A DNA stretch of 15,422 nt. Source: Octopus sinensis (taxonomy: Eukaryota). The notes under the pieces were generated by a model, which was given only the letters and a program-made list of their open reading frames with translations, searched no databases and was not told where the DNA came from. Positions 1 through 9,287 of the stretch are shown here, in pieces. Position numbers and translations under genes: made by a program. The first letter of the stretch is position 1. The number at the start of each line of letters is the position of its first letter. Where the stretch lies: positions 1 to 15,422 of the forward strand of contig NW_021825451.1 in assembly GCF_006345805.1 (NCBI RefSeq), written 5' to 3'.

Positions 1-61
1 TATATATATATATTTATTTTCTCGTAAGCTTATGTATATGTATGATAACGAGTGAACATAA

Positions 62-180
62 ACACTCACACACACACGTATATACACGTGGGCACACACA
101 CACACACACTCACACAAACTCACTCACACGCACGCACATGCACGCACACACATGCACGCACACACATGCACGCACACACT
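62..180. repeat. (CA)n / (CACG,CATG) compound microsatellite
   Basis: Direct reading of CA runs interspersed with cacgca/catgca units. Confidence 0.9.
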
Positions 181-499
181 TATACATGATCGTGTGCGTG
201 CAGCCATTCTGAAATAAAACCCAGTTAATCCCCCAAGGTAGTCTAACACAGAGCAAAGCTGTTTCTATTTTAGTCAAATTTATAACTATTTACGGTATGA
301 ACAAAATACTAAAGCTACAGCCGTAAACAAATTTAGTAATGCTGTTTTGCTTCATTTGTTTTCATACATACATACATACACACATGTATACATATATACA
401 TACATACGTACATGTATGTATACACAGGCACACGCGTATATATTGAACCAAAACAAACAAACAATCGAAAAATATACTTACTAACACGCCTGTGCACTC

Positions 500-913
500 T
501 TGTATATGTGTATGAGTTTGTTTATTGAATACACATACAAATATATATATATAGATAGATGTACATATGTATATATATGTACATGTGCATGCATGTGTGT
601 ATGTATATATATATATGTATATATATATATGTGTATATATATATATGTATATATATGTGTATGTATATGTATATGTGCGTGTGGGAGGTGTGTATAAATT
701 GTATGTGAGTGTGTGAATATATGTATATATGTAAATTATATATATGAATTTGTATATAAAATTTGTCTAGGTGTGTGCTTGTGAATATATATGTATGCAT
801 ATATAAGTACTCATACAGTTATGTATATATGTATGTGTATATATTCATATATATGCATGTATATATATATATATATACATATATATTTGATTGCATATAT
901 AAATATATATGTA

Positions 914-983
<70 letters not shown>

Positions 984-1041
984 TATATATATGTTTAGAT
1001 ATATATATATATACGTATACACGCATTTATAGATTTGTTCA

Positions 1042-1076
<35 letters not shown>

Positions 1077-1130
1077 ATATATATATATATACACACATAC
1101 GCGTATACATACTTACAAACATACACGTAT
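500..1130. repeat. Compound (TA)n/(TG)n microsatellite with a (TCTA)n block at ~1043-1076
   Basis: Direct reading; explains the Y/I/V/C-rich ORFs at 500-1026. Confidence 0.9.
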
Positions 1131-1630
1131 ACCCAGATTTACGTGTATGTGAAAAAGTGTACTCAGTATAGGTTTTAGAATTTCTTTATAACATAGAGAA
1201 TATCGATGATTCGCTCAACAATCTTTGGTAGTTTCACGCAATGCTCTCTGGGAATGAATACTGTTATTCAAAATGGTGAAATAAAAATATAACTGGTTTC
1301 TATCTATCATTGGCGAGAATAAATTATGTGGTGAGTTGCAGCGGCCTCTGTTGGCATTGGGAGAATTCAAGGATAGCTGATTGATACTTATCGTTTTTAG
1401 TGTATTTTTCCAACGTTCAAGCAAAGATCATTCATACCGGAACACTTTTTCTAATCTAAGCTTTCTTTATAACATATTTAAAAATATATATTGGCTTGTC
1501 TGCAATCGAAAATATTGTAGCAAAACATTTTGTCTTGTCTCTAGAAGACACAGAAAATTATTCTTTCTTTGAGATGTGCTTGCAGGGTTAGTATCAAGTT
1601 TTTCTGCAATACATCAAACGCATGTATGCT

Positions 1631-1766
1631 TACATTATTTAAATTATTTACATTCGACGGATATTTGTCCTCATCTTGGATGAGGATAAATATCCCGTGA
1701 ATGAGGACAAATATCCGTCGAATGTAAATAATGTACATAATTCCTCATCTCTTAAATATAGAACTG
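1631..1766. mobile_element. Fold-back remnant, probably the inverted terminal (pseudo-LTR) segment of a Penelope-like element
   Basis: Perfect 32-bp inverted repeat 1643-1674 / 1701-1732 plus a third partial arm at 1679-1695. The Penelope assignment rests on my recollection of similar cephalopod repeats and on PLEs forming inverted pLTRs; it was not verified. Confidence 0.5.
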
Positions 1767-2204
1767 CATAATCCAAGCTAGAAGGACATTTTCATATCCA
1801 CTGTTTTTCATTTTCCTGATATATTATCACAAGGTGGTACTAATTATAATTCTGAATTTGAAAGATTAAGGGCAAAACTATAAAAGACGAACTGTGATTG
1901 CATATTTGCTGAACGTTGTTTATTCACTGCGGACTTAGTATTTAAGCGCGCCACCTTGTGACTCAATCTTCACCCCGGGATAATCGTTTTCTCGCTGTTT
2001 GCAATGTATCTGCTTCAATAAATAATAACTAATAACGGTTTGTTGTCAACCTTATTGTTTATGTAGCTTAACAGAAGCCATAGGCGCATGTGTGTTGGGT
2101 GGATCCATCCTTAAATATACTCTCTTTCTCGATGGGTATTTTTTAAAGCCCAGAACGTAAAGCGATATAACTAAATATTGCAAAACACTTTGTTCGTCAC
2201 TCTC

Positions 2205-2415
2205 ATGATGATTATGATGATGATGATGATGATGATGGAGGTGAATATGGTGTTAGTAGCCATGAGGATGATGGTGATAATTATGATGATGATGACGATG
2301 GTAATGATGATTATGACTACGGCGACGACCATGATGATGATGATGATCGTCGTGGTGCAGGTGATGATAATGCTTGTGGTGGTTATGGTGAAGACGATGA
2401 TGTTGATGATGATGG

Positions 2416-2446
<31 letters not shown>

Positions 2447-2534
2447 AATAGTGGAGAATATGATGACGATGACGATGAGCAAGATGATAATAAAGACGTC
2501 AACATTATGACAATGATGGTAACGATGATGATGG

Positions 2535-2566
<32 letters not shown>

Positions 2567-2598
2567 GTGATGATGTAGGATGATGATGATGATGATGA
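2205..2598. repeat. Degenerate (ATG)n trinucleotide microsatellite
   Basis: Long gatgat runs with ggt/gac/aat variants; source of the poly-M, poly-H and poly-I ORFs. Confidence 0.95.
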
Positions 2599-2742
2599 AG
2601 GAACTCAATAATTTCATCAACTTCCTGTTGGAATGCCAGAAATGATTTCTAAAAATCCATTATTTCTCTTTAATGTTATTTACAGTGGTCAGAAAAAAAG
2701 CAAAACAAACAAAAACAAACAGAAATACCAATTCCTGTTTCT

Positions 2743-2867
2743 CATATATATATACACACACACACATATATATATATACACATATATACATATATATACA
2801 CACATATATATACATATATATACATACATATACTTATATATATGTATAAATGTCTCTCTTCTCTCTC

Positions 2868-2916
<49 letters not shown>

Positions 2917-3086
2917 TCTATGTGCATATTTTAAAATATCTTTATACATGTTTTTATATATACATCTGTGTGTATATGTGTGCGCCCTCTTTCTGTCTGT
3001 CTGTTTTATATATATATATATATATATAATATATATATATATATATGTGTATATGTCTTTTTACGTACGTATACACACTCACACAC

Positions 3087-3172
<86 letters not shown>

Positions 3173-3198
3173 ATGTATGTATGTATAAATATATATAG
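2743..3198. repeat. Compound (TA)/(CA)/(CT) microsatellite with a long (TCTA)n block at ~3088-3170
   Basis: Direct reading. Confidence 0.9.
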
Positions 3199-3454
3199 AT
3201 GTGTGCCATGAATGTACGTGGATGTGAGTATGAATACGTATACGCTCTACGTCAAACATGTGACAACATCGTTCGCAACCACTATATCCCCCCAACCAAC
3301 CCACAACCCGTCACCACCACAATATCTCGCAAAATTGTTTCTGACGCAAATGTCCTTTTTGAAAAACAAAAAAAAAAGGAAAAATATTGATAATTTTTTT
3401 GTTTTTTCCTATTTCTCTTGGATTTTTTTCTTCTTTACACCATCGCTCTTGTTT

Positions 3455-3615
3455 TTGTTATTGTAACAGTTGTTGTGCAGTTGTTATTGTTGCCGTCATC
3501 GTCATTGTTGTCGTTGCATTTCAGCAGCTGATATTTTTGTCGTTGTTGTTGTTGCTGTTGTTGGCGTTAATGTCGTTGCCCTCCATCGTCACCCCCGTCG
3601 TCGTCTTTGTCGTTG
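3455..3615. repeat. Degenerate (GTT/GTC)n microsatellite
   Basis: Direct reading. Confidence 0.8.
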
Positions 3616-3726
3616 TGTAGAGTTGAAACAGTTTTCTACAAGACCCACCAGATACATTAAGTGTGACCTTTTTGAGAAATTTTTAGTGATTGAATTTTGT
3701 TTATTCTCTTCTACGTCATGTGACGT

Positions 3727-4177
3727 TATTGCTGATGTTCTTTAACATCAAGTCAGCTTAGTCGAAGCGTTTCTTTGATCAAAATGGTTCTCCTGCCGTG
3801 GCAATCCCGCAAATTTTGCTTAACAAACTCATTGTGTCTAGAATCCCATCACCCAATGAGTACTTTTCTTCAACCCTCTAGCATTTAAACTGGCCATATG
3901 CGACCAAAATAATCTACCTGTTTTATCTTCAAACTGGCCAGATCATGCCTCTTACACCTACCCTAAAATGTCACTCAAAAAATAAACAATCACATCACTG
4001 AAATTTCAAAGCTACGAGATAATGCATGATTAATTTAAAACAATGTGAAGAAATAAGCATTATATTTGACAGAGTGATCTGAATACCAAGAGATTAAGTT
4101 GTTCAAATACTTCTTGAAGAAGATTTACTGCTATTTCTAGCTCTCGGAAGACTACATAAACGCACCCTTATTTGCTT
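3727..4177 (-). mobile_element. Family D retroposon-like repeat (old copy), split by the MITE at 3870-4097
   Basis: The reverse complement of 4100-4177 (aagcaaataagggtg...gctagaaatagcagtaaatcttcttcaa) aligns by eye with the starts of copies at 9997 and 11693. The reverse complement of 3727-3869 (gggattgccacggcagg...aagctgacttgatgttaaagaacatcagcaataac) matches their 3' parts and CAA-like tail. Confidence 0.55.
3870..4097. mobile_element. piggyBac-type MITE (TTAA-flanked), degenerate
   Basis: Left end TCAA|CCCTCTAGCATT and right end AATACCAAGAGA|TTAA. The TIRs match at 6/12 and every difference is a transition. It carries an internal direct repeat aaactggcca at 3887 and 3931 and interrupts a family D copy. 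Confidence 0.55.
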
Positions 4178-4189
4178 ATCATGATACAT

Positions 4190-4320
4190 AGTGGAGAATA
4201 GTGAAATGTTGCGTAGAGTGGAGTGGTGCAAAGTAGTGTGATGTGGCGTGGTGTAATATAGTGGAGTGTGGTGTTGTTCGAACTGTGTGTGGTATCACGT
4301 TAAGTGGTATAGTATGGTGT
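4190..4320. repeat. Degenerate pentanucleotide (GTGTA/GTGGA/GTGGT)n repeat
   Basis: Direct reading of gtggagtggtgcaaagtagtgtgatgtggcgtggtgta... Confidence 0.7.
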
Positions 4321-4920
4321 ACCTACTGAATATACCCTGCGATGCAGAAGCTATAATATACGAAGCTGAAGTTACTTCTACCAACCCAAACTTTGAAATA
4401 GAACAATGAGGTATAATGGCTTCACGGAAGACAATTTAAACAACGTTATTACAAACCATTCTTCCTCGGAAATACATTGATTAAGGAAATTCAAGAAAGT
4501 TGTAAAAATTATATCTGACAAAAGAAAACAGCATAGATTTCAACATATACTGGTAAATATTAGATTCAAATTTTGGCACAAGGTCTGCATTTTCGGAGAG
4601 GGAGTAAGTCGATAAATCAACCCCAGTACTCAGCTGGTACGATCAAGAAAGGATGAAAGGCGAAGTCAACCCCGGTGGTATTTGAGCTCAAAGCGTAAAT
4701 TCGGAATAAATGCAGCTAAGTATTTTTCCGGTCCGGTAACGACTCTGCCACTCGCCACCTATATACTAGTAAACATTATAAGCAATACCGTTATGAAACC
4801 GTAAACTGCCGCGAAAGGCCTCATCCTCCAGAACATACACATATCTAGTAATTTCTTAAATCAGAGATAAATGGTTACATACAGTGCAGACATTTCGAGA
4901 AATACCTTCTACAGGAATGA
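4320..4920 (+). pseudogene. Decayed Penelope-like element GIY-YIG endonuclease C-terminus, interrupted by a SINE
   Basis: Manual translation across frameshifts and stops: LLNIPCDAEAIIYEAEVTST / RYNGFTED-FKQRYY-HSSS / GNSRKL...KENSIDFNIYW*IL / FLNQR / CRHFEKYLLQE*. This follows the PLE order C..IIY.A.V, Y.G.TE..FK.RY..H, NST.LSKYIW.LKE, W.IL, LN.R, CRH..K.LL. Confidence 0.75.
4563..4760 (-). mobile_element. tRNA-derived SINE family A, variant with the ccttgtgccaaaatttgaa tail
   Basis: Head aggtggcgagtggcagagtcgtt, B-box-like gagctcaaatacc and core gcctttcatcctttc...ctggggttgat. It has an 18-bp TSD: atatactggtaaatatta (4545-4562) / atatactagtaaacatta (4761-4778), 16/18 identical. Confidence 0.85.
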
Positions 4921-5169
4921 CGGCCTTTACTGTCACCCAATTAAAAGACGCCATATGCAACATCCTATAAGAACTCACGAACTTACGTATTACACAACAT
5001 TTCAAATTTTGCTTTAGGGAATTGTATTTTGATAATTATATAATCTTATAAGTTCATATATTCACATATAATTTTCCATATGTATACATATGCATATATG
5101 AATTTGTAAAGAAGACCCTAACCATTAAGTCACGAGCCTTTAACAAACACACATACACATACACATATT

Positions 5170-5397
5170 TACTCGTAGGATCACAAGTTCCAGCCCCCAT
5201 GACACGTTCTGTCTTTGAGCAGGATGATTCAGTTCACGTTGTTCCAGTCACTCAGCTGGCATACATGAATAGCACCTGTATTTCAAAGTGTACGCGTGTC
5301 TGTGGAGTACTCAGCCACTTGCATGTTAATTTCACGAGCAGGCTGTTCCGTCGATCGTAGCAACTAGAACACACATTGTCGTATCCGACGGAGTGTC
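5170..5397 (+). mobile_element. 5'-eroded SINE fragment
   Basis: The head remnant actcgtaggatcacaagttccagcccc resembles the heads at 5995(-) and 10235(+). The 3' part (cacttgcatgttaatttcacgagcaggctgttccg...gacggagtg) is a tail I recall from cephalopod SINEs, unverified. Confidence 0.5.
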
Positions 5398-5451
5398 TGA
5401 TCATGTGTGTTTGTTAAGACGAGTTTCTGAGTGGGTATATATAGATCTACA

Positions 5452-5592
5452 GGTCGACTTTGCCTTTCATCCTTTCGGGGTCGATAAATTAAGTACCAGT
5501 CACGCACTGGAGTCGATATAATCGACTTAATCCGTTTGTCTGGCCTTGTTTGTCCCCTCTGTGTTTAGCCCCTTGTGGGTAGTAAAGAAATA
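5452..5592 (+). mobile_element. 5'-truncated SINE family A (core + tail)
   Basis: Near-identical to 9841-9982. It has a perfect 16-bp TSD tatatatagatctaca at 5436-5451 and 5593-5608. Confidence 0.92.
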
Positions 5593-5616
5593 TATATATA
5601 GATCTACAAATAAATA

Positions 5617-5620
5617 CACT

Positions 5621-5669
<49 letters not shown>

Positions 5670-5697
5670 ACAAACACACACATATATATATATATAT
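5617..5697. repeat. (CA)n then (TA)n microsatellite
   Basis: Direct reading. Confidence 0.9.
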
Positions 5698-5995
5698 GTT
5701 AGTCTCTCCCGCCGAAGACGGCGTATTAGCATTCAGCTTTTTGCCGAACGGCCTGCACAAATGATTTGTTTATAGTAATCAAATGTCCGTGCCACCCATC
5801 AGCTCACTCCCCCCATCAGATCGATGTTGCCTGAACAGGTGCACGGTGTGCCACGCGTCAGATGTCGAAGTGATCGCTGAGCAACCCGAGATGAAGGGTG
5901 TGGCTCAAGAACACAACGCACCACCCGACCTAGGAATTGAACTCACGATCGCTGAATCGCGGGTGCAACACCCTAACCACCAGGTCATGCGCTCT
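5698..5995 (-). mobile_element. tRNA-derived SINE with a CORE-like segment
   Basis: Minus-strand A box TGACCTGGTGG (5987-5977) and B box GAGTTCAATTCC (5944-5933), followed by gttgtgttcttgagccacacccttcatctc...gttgctc, which resembles the CORE domain. The 3' boundary is approximate. Confidence 0.75.
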
Positions 5996-6171
5996 AACAG
6001 ATATAGAACACACACACACATATGTACTTACCAATATGTCTCTCTAAGGGAAGTATGTACGCGCGCACGTGAATATATAAGCGTGTTTATATACTATGTG
6101 TATATGTCAACGTGGGTTTTCCAAATAAGGAATACAACCTCTGTATTTCTGCACTCTTATAATTTTGCAGC

Positions 6172-6231
6172 TATACACCTACACATATATACACACATAC
6201 ATACATGCATACATACACTCATACATAAAAA

Positions 6232-6277
<46 letters not shown>

Positions 6278-6400
6278 CACAAACATATATATATGAATAT
6301 ATATACATTTATATATGAGTATATATATATATATTTATATGCATAAACATATATATATATATGTATATATATTATATATATATATGTATATATATGTATG

Positions 6401-6454
<54 letters not shown>

Positions 6455-6472
6455 TACGTATATATATGTATA
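6172..6472. repeat. (TA)n/(CATA)n/(CT)n compound microsatellite
   Basis: Direct reading. Confidence 0.9.
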
Positions 6473-6989
6473 TAGTCTCATGCTAATAATCAATATCAAT
6501 ACATTTCCATATAAACACCATTATTAACGAATCTATTAACATATTCAGATGAAAAAAAAAACGTCTTCAAATTCACTTTTTATGTGTATAATTTATTTAT
6601 ATAATTTCTTCGTTAATTAATTCCTACATTTATATTTTCATTATGCTTATTTCACTTAAACTAATTTCTTTAAAAACAAACATATACTTATCTAGACATC
6701 TAAAAAAATAATAATACAATCAGTCGAAGCACACACCCATATACATACATTACATATATATATTATATATATATATATAATATATATATATATGTATCTG
6801 TGTATGGTTGTGTGTGTGTATGAATATCGTAGACTTCGTCTTAATTTCTATACGTGACTAATTCAGAATATTTAATTAAATTAATTTGTAAATATATATG
6901 AACATCTAATTAAAGCTTGAAAAAATAACACTTCACGCCATAAGAGTACATCTTACACTTGTTTATGTTAGCTTAATATATGAAACCCT

Positions 6990-7187
6990 ATACACACCTA
7001 TATGTACACGCATATGTATATATGCATGTGTACATGTATATATATATATATATACAGACATATGTAAGTATATGCATATATATATAATATAATATAAATA
7101 ACATACACACATATATATATATATATATGCATACATACACATATATTTGTATATACATGCATACATAGGCACAAGATACCACATACA
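6990..7187. repeat. (TA)n/(CA)n compound microsatellite
   Basis: Direct reading. Confidence 0.85.
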
Positions 7188-7222
7188 CCTGTCTTACAGA
7201 CATGTCTGAAATTCTAAAAGTA

Positions 7223-7545
7223 GATTGTATTTACCAGGCACTATATTACAGCATATTGTTCTGAACAAATGAATTTTGATAATAACGAAAATATTTGCTT
7301 ATCTTATTGTTTCTCCGGAGAAACGTTTTGTCAATATATACATACATACAGACAGACAGACAGGCTGATAGATGTTTACAGATACAAGCAATCAACGGAA
7401 CTGTCAAAATATGCAAAGCTTTACCAAAGTTTTGTGTGTACTTGTCTAGACGGAGAATTATATTTGTACATATATAGTTGCTTAAAAGAAAACATAGAAA
7501 CTTGTACCTGAACTGGCTGGAAATACTTGCACATATACACTCAGT
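7223..7545 (+). pseudogene. Possible second, more decayed Penelope-like GIY-YIG remnant
   Basis: DCIYQA (7223-7240), SYCFSGETF, RYKQSTELSKY and LKENIE occur in the same order as the motifs in the 4320-4920 remnant, with insertions between them. Confidence 0.45.
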
Positions 7546-7661
7546 CATGCATAACTAGTCTGTCGATGTTGTTAAAATTTCTTTGAAGGTGTCTGGGATT
7601 TAAGTTATAACCGGCGTTTCCCATTTGGACAAGAAATCCAGACATAAAACCAAATAACATC

Positions 7662-8227
7662 CCGGGTTGTCCGGAAAGTTCCTGCCGATTTATAGTAGCT
7701 TACCTTTCGACTTATTTTAGAACATCGTTGAGTCCATAAAATAGGATTTGTCTACACCTCCATTTAGAGCACAGTTTAAGTTATCTTTTCGTGAAAGAAG
7801 GTTTATGTTCCTATAACCTGTGTTAATTCTGTAACCCTTTAAAATGAAAGATAAGAAAGTTCATTTTCGGCACTTGATGCTTTCGGAACCAGACAAAAAT
7901 TGCTGCAGCTCGGCTGGGATGTGTTACCCCACCCTCCATATTCACCAGATATTGCCTTTTCGGATTTCCACTTATTCAGGTCTCTGCAGAATAGTCTTAA
8001 TGGTAATAATTTCAATTCCTTGGATGACGTAAAAAGACACCTTGATGAACTCTTTGCCATGAAACCACCTCAGTTCTGGAAAGAGGGTATTTTCAAGTTA
8101 AAGGAAAGATGGAGACGCATTGTGCAACAAAATGGTTCATATTTGGTTGATTAAAAATGTAATGGCAAATATTTATTGACCTTTTTCTTTCCTTTAAAAA
8201 TCGGCACGAACTTTCCGGACAACCCAA
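7662..8227 (+). mobile_element. Internally deleted mariner (Tc1/mariner, mellifera-subfamily-like) DNA transposon
   Basis: TIRs gggttgtccggaaagttcctgccgattt (7664-7691) and aaatcggcacgaactttccggacaaccc (8198-8225) match at 27/28. TA follows the right end (8228-8229), while the extreme left end is eroded. Transposase remnants lie inside. Confidence 0.93.
7844..8154 (+). pseudogene. Mariner transposase remnant: N-terminal 13 aa fused out of frame to the C-terminal ~90 aa
   Basis: MKDKKVHFRHLML (7844-7882), then in another frame TRQKLLQLGWDVLPHPPYSPDIAFSDFHLFRSLQNSL...ERWRRIVQQNGSYLVD*. This includes the YSPDLAPSD-type motif carrying the third catalytic Asp of DD34D. Confidence 0.92.
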
Positions 8228-8237
8228 TACATACATT

Positions 8238-8273
<36 letters not shown>

Positions 8274-8274
<1 letters not shown>

Positions 8275-8490
8275 GACCCTAGTATTTTTTAAAGCCTTGT
8301 ACTTATTCTATCGGTGGCATTTGCCCGACTGCTTAGTTACGGAGACGTAAACACAACAGTACCGGTTGTCAAGCGGCGGTGGGGGACAAACACACACACA
8401 GATACACAAAGACATATACACACACCCAAACACACATTCACACACACACACGTACTTACACACACACATACACACATACAAACACACACA
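8274..8490 (-). mobile_element. SINE family B, 3' half with internal (TG)n
   Basis: The reverse complement (gcttgacaaccggtactgttgtgtttacgtctccgtaac...ccgatagaataagtac...ctagggtcg) matches 12155-12262. Confidence 0.8.
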
Positions 8491-8492
8491 CG

Positions 8493-8536
8493 CAAGGCGG
8501 TGAGCTGACAGAAACGTTAGCACGCCGGGCAAAAAT
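8493..8536 (+). mobile_element. Isolated SINE family A head
   Basis: aaggcggtgagctgacagaaacgttagcacgccgggc matches the heads at 9758 and 13582(-) and stops before the B box. Confidence 0.8.
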
Positions 8537-8752
8537 AGACCGAAACCGGACGGTCTGCTGGTCCTGTCAAGTCGCTAGAAGATGGCAGGGTTTCGCTCCC
8601 CTGCTTGCAATATATATCGAGTGCAGACTACCTCGATAAGCAGCTGGAGGGGGGCTTCCTATTTGTACGGAACGGCCACGTTGAAGTTAACATTGAACAT
8701 TATTTCTCACTATAGTCACTACTTTTATCTCTTATACAGATTTTCACACACA

Positions 8753-9287
8753 CATCATCATCATCATCATTGTTCGACCGTGGTCGAGACAATGGAATTT
8801 ACCATGCTACGCCAGACTTCACGGTCCATCATGGCATTACGGAGGTCCTGTTGCTGGATGCCTGTATCCCTGGAGATTAAATCAGGGTAGGAGAGTCTGC
8901 GCCCTCTGGTATTGAGAGTAGATGGCTTCCAGAGGAGAAGAGTAGAAATTACCTCTTTTTCAGCTCTACAACAATGTCCAGCAAACTGGACTCTCCTACC
9001 TTTCACAAGAGATGACACAGGTGGTAGTTTCCCATATATTTGCATTTTGGTTGGATGGCGCTTCCACGAGAGATTTTGAGCTCTCATAAGGAGGCGAGAG
9101 TAAGTTCCATCCAACCGCCTCTCAAGCTTCTTTGATAACGTCCAGGTTTCTGAGCCATATAGTAGAATTGGTTCGACTGTGGCTTTGAAGATTTCAAGTT
9201 TGAAGTCTCTACTTAGATTTGATGACCAGATCTTATGCATGTCATTACAGGCTGACCAGGCCATAACCTTTCTAGTAAGAAAATCTT
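8753..9287 (-). mobile_element. 5'-truncated RTE-clade LINE, ORF C-terminus with (TGA)n tail
   Basis: Uninterrupted frame with RTE C-terminal motifs K..IF.A.V.PILLYGSETWTL, R.L...W, R...F.GH..R and A.DR..WR. The stop codon at 8769-8767 is the first unit of the TGA repeat. A candidate TSD cacacaca sits at 8745-8752 and 9296-9303. Confidence 0.92.

Noticed and set aside
500-1026. Y/I/C/V-rich ORFs (also 2633-3211, 6315-6527, 6963-7203, 14822-15347)
   Set aside because: Translations of TA/TG/CA microsatellites that happen to lack stop codons.
1381-1572. Possible further PLE endonuclease trace
   Set aside because: Only vague resemblance, with no ordered diagnostic motifs.
2171-2620. Poly-His / poly-Ile / poly-Met ORFs
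   Set aside because: Frames of an (ATG)n repeat with no non-repetitive domain.
3387-3745. Hydrophobic, membrane-protein-like ORFs
   Set aside because: Derived from the (GTT/GTC)n repeat and T-rich tracts.
4790-4830. Hammerhead-like GATGAGGCC...GGC on the minus strand
   Set aside because: No CUGA start or GAAA core, and it lies within the PLE coding remnant.
5925-5995. tRNA genes suggested by A/B boxes (also 10235-10310, 11912-11985)
   Set aside because: No proper acceptor stem or cloverleaf, and they continue into SINE bodies.
5783-6346. 187-aa ORF
   Set aside because: Antisense of a SINE running into microsatellite, with no protein motif.
7900-8154. Functional transposase or SETMAR-like host gene
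   Set aside because: Lacks the HTH and the first two catalytic residues, is bounded by TIRs and has no SET domain.
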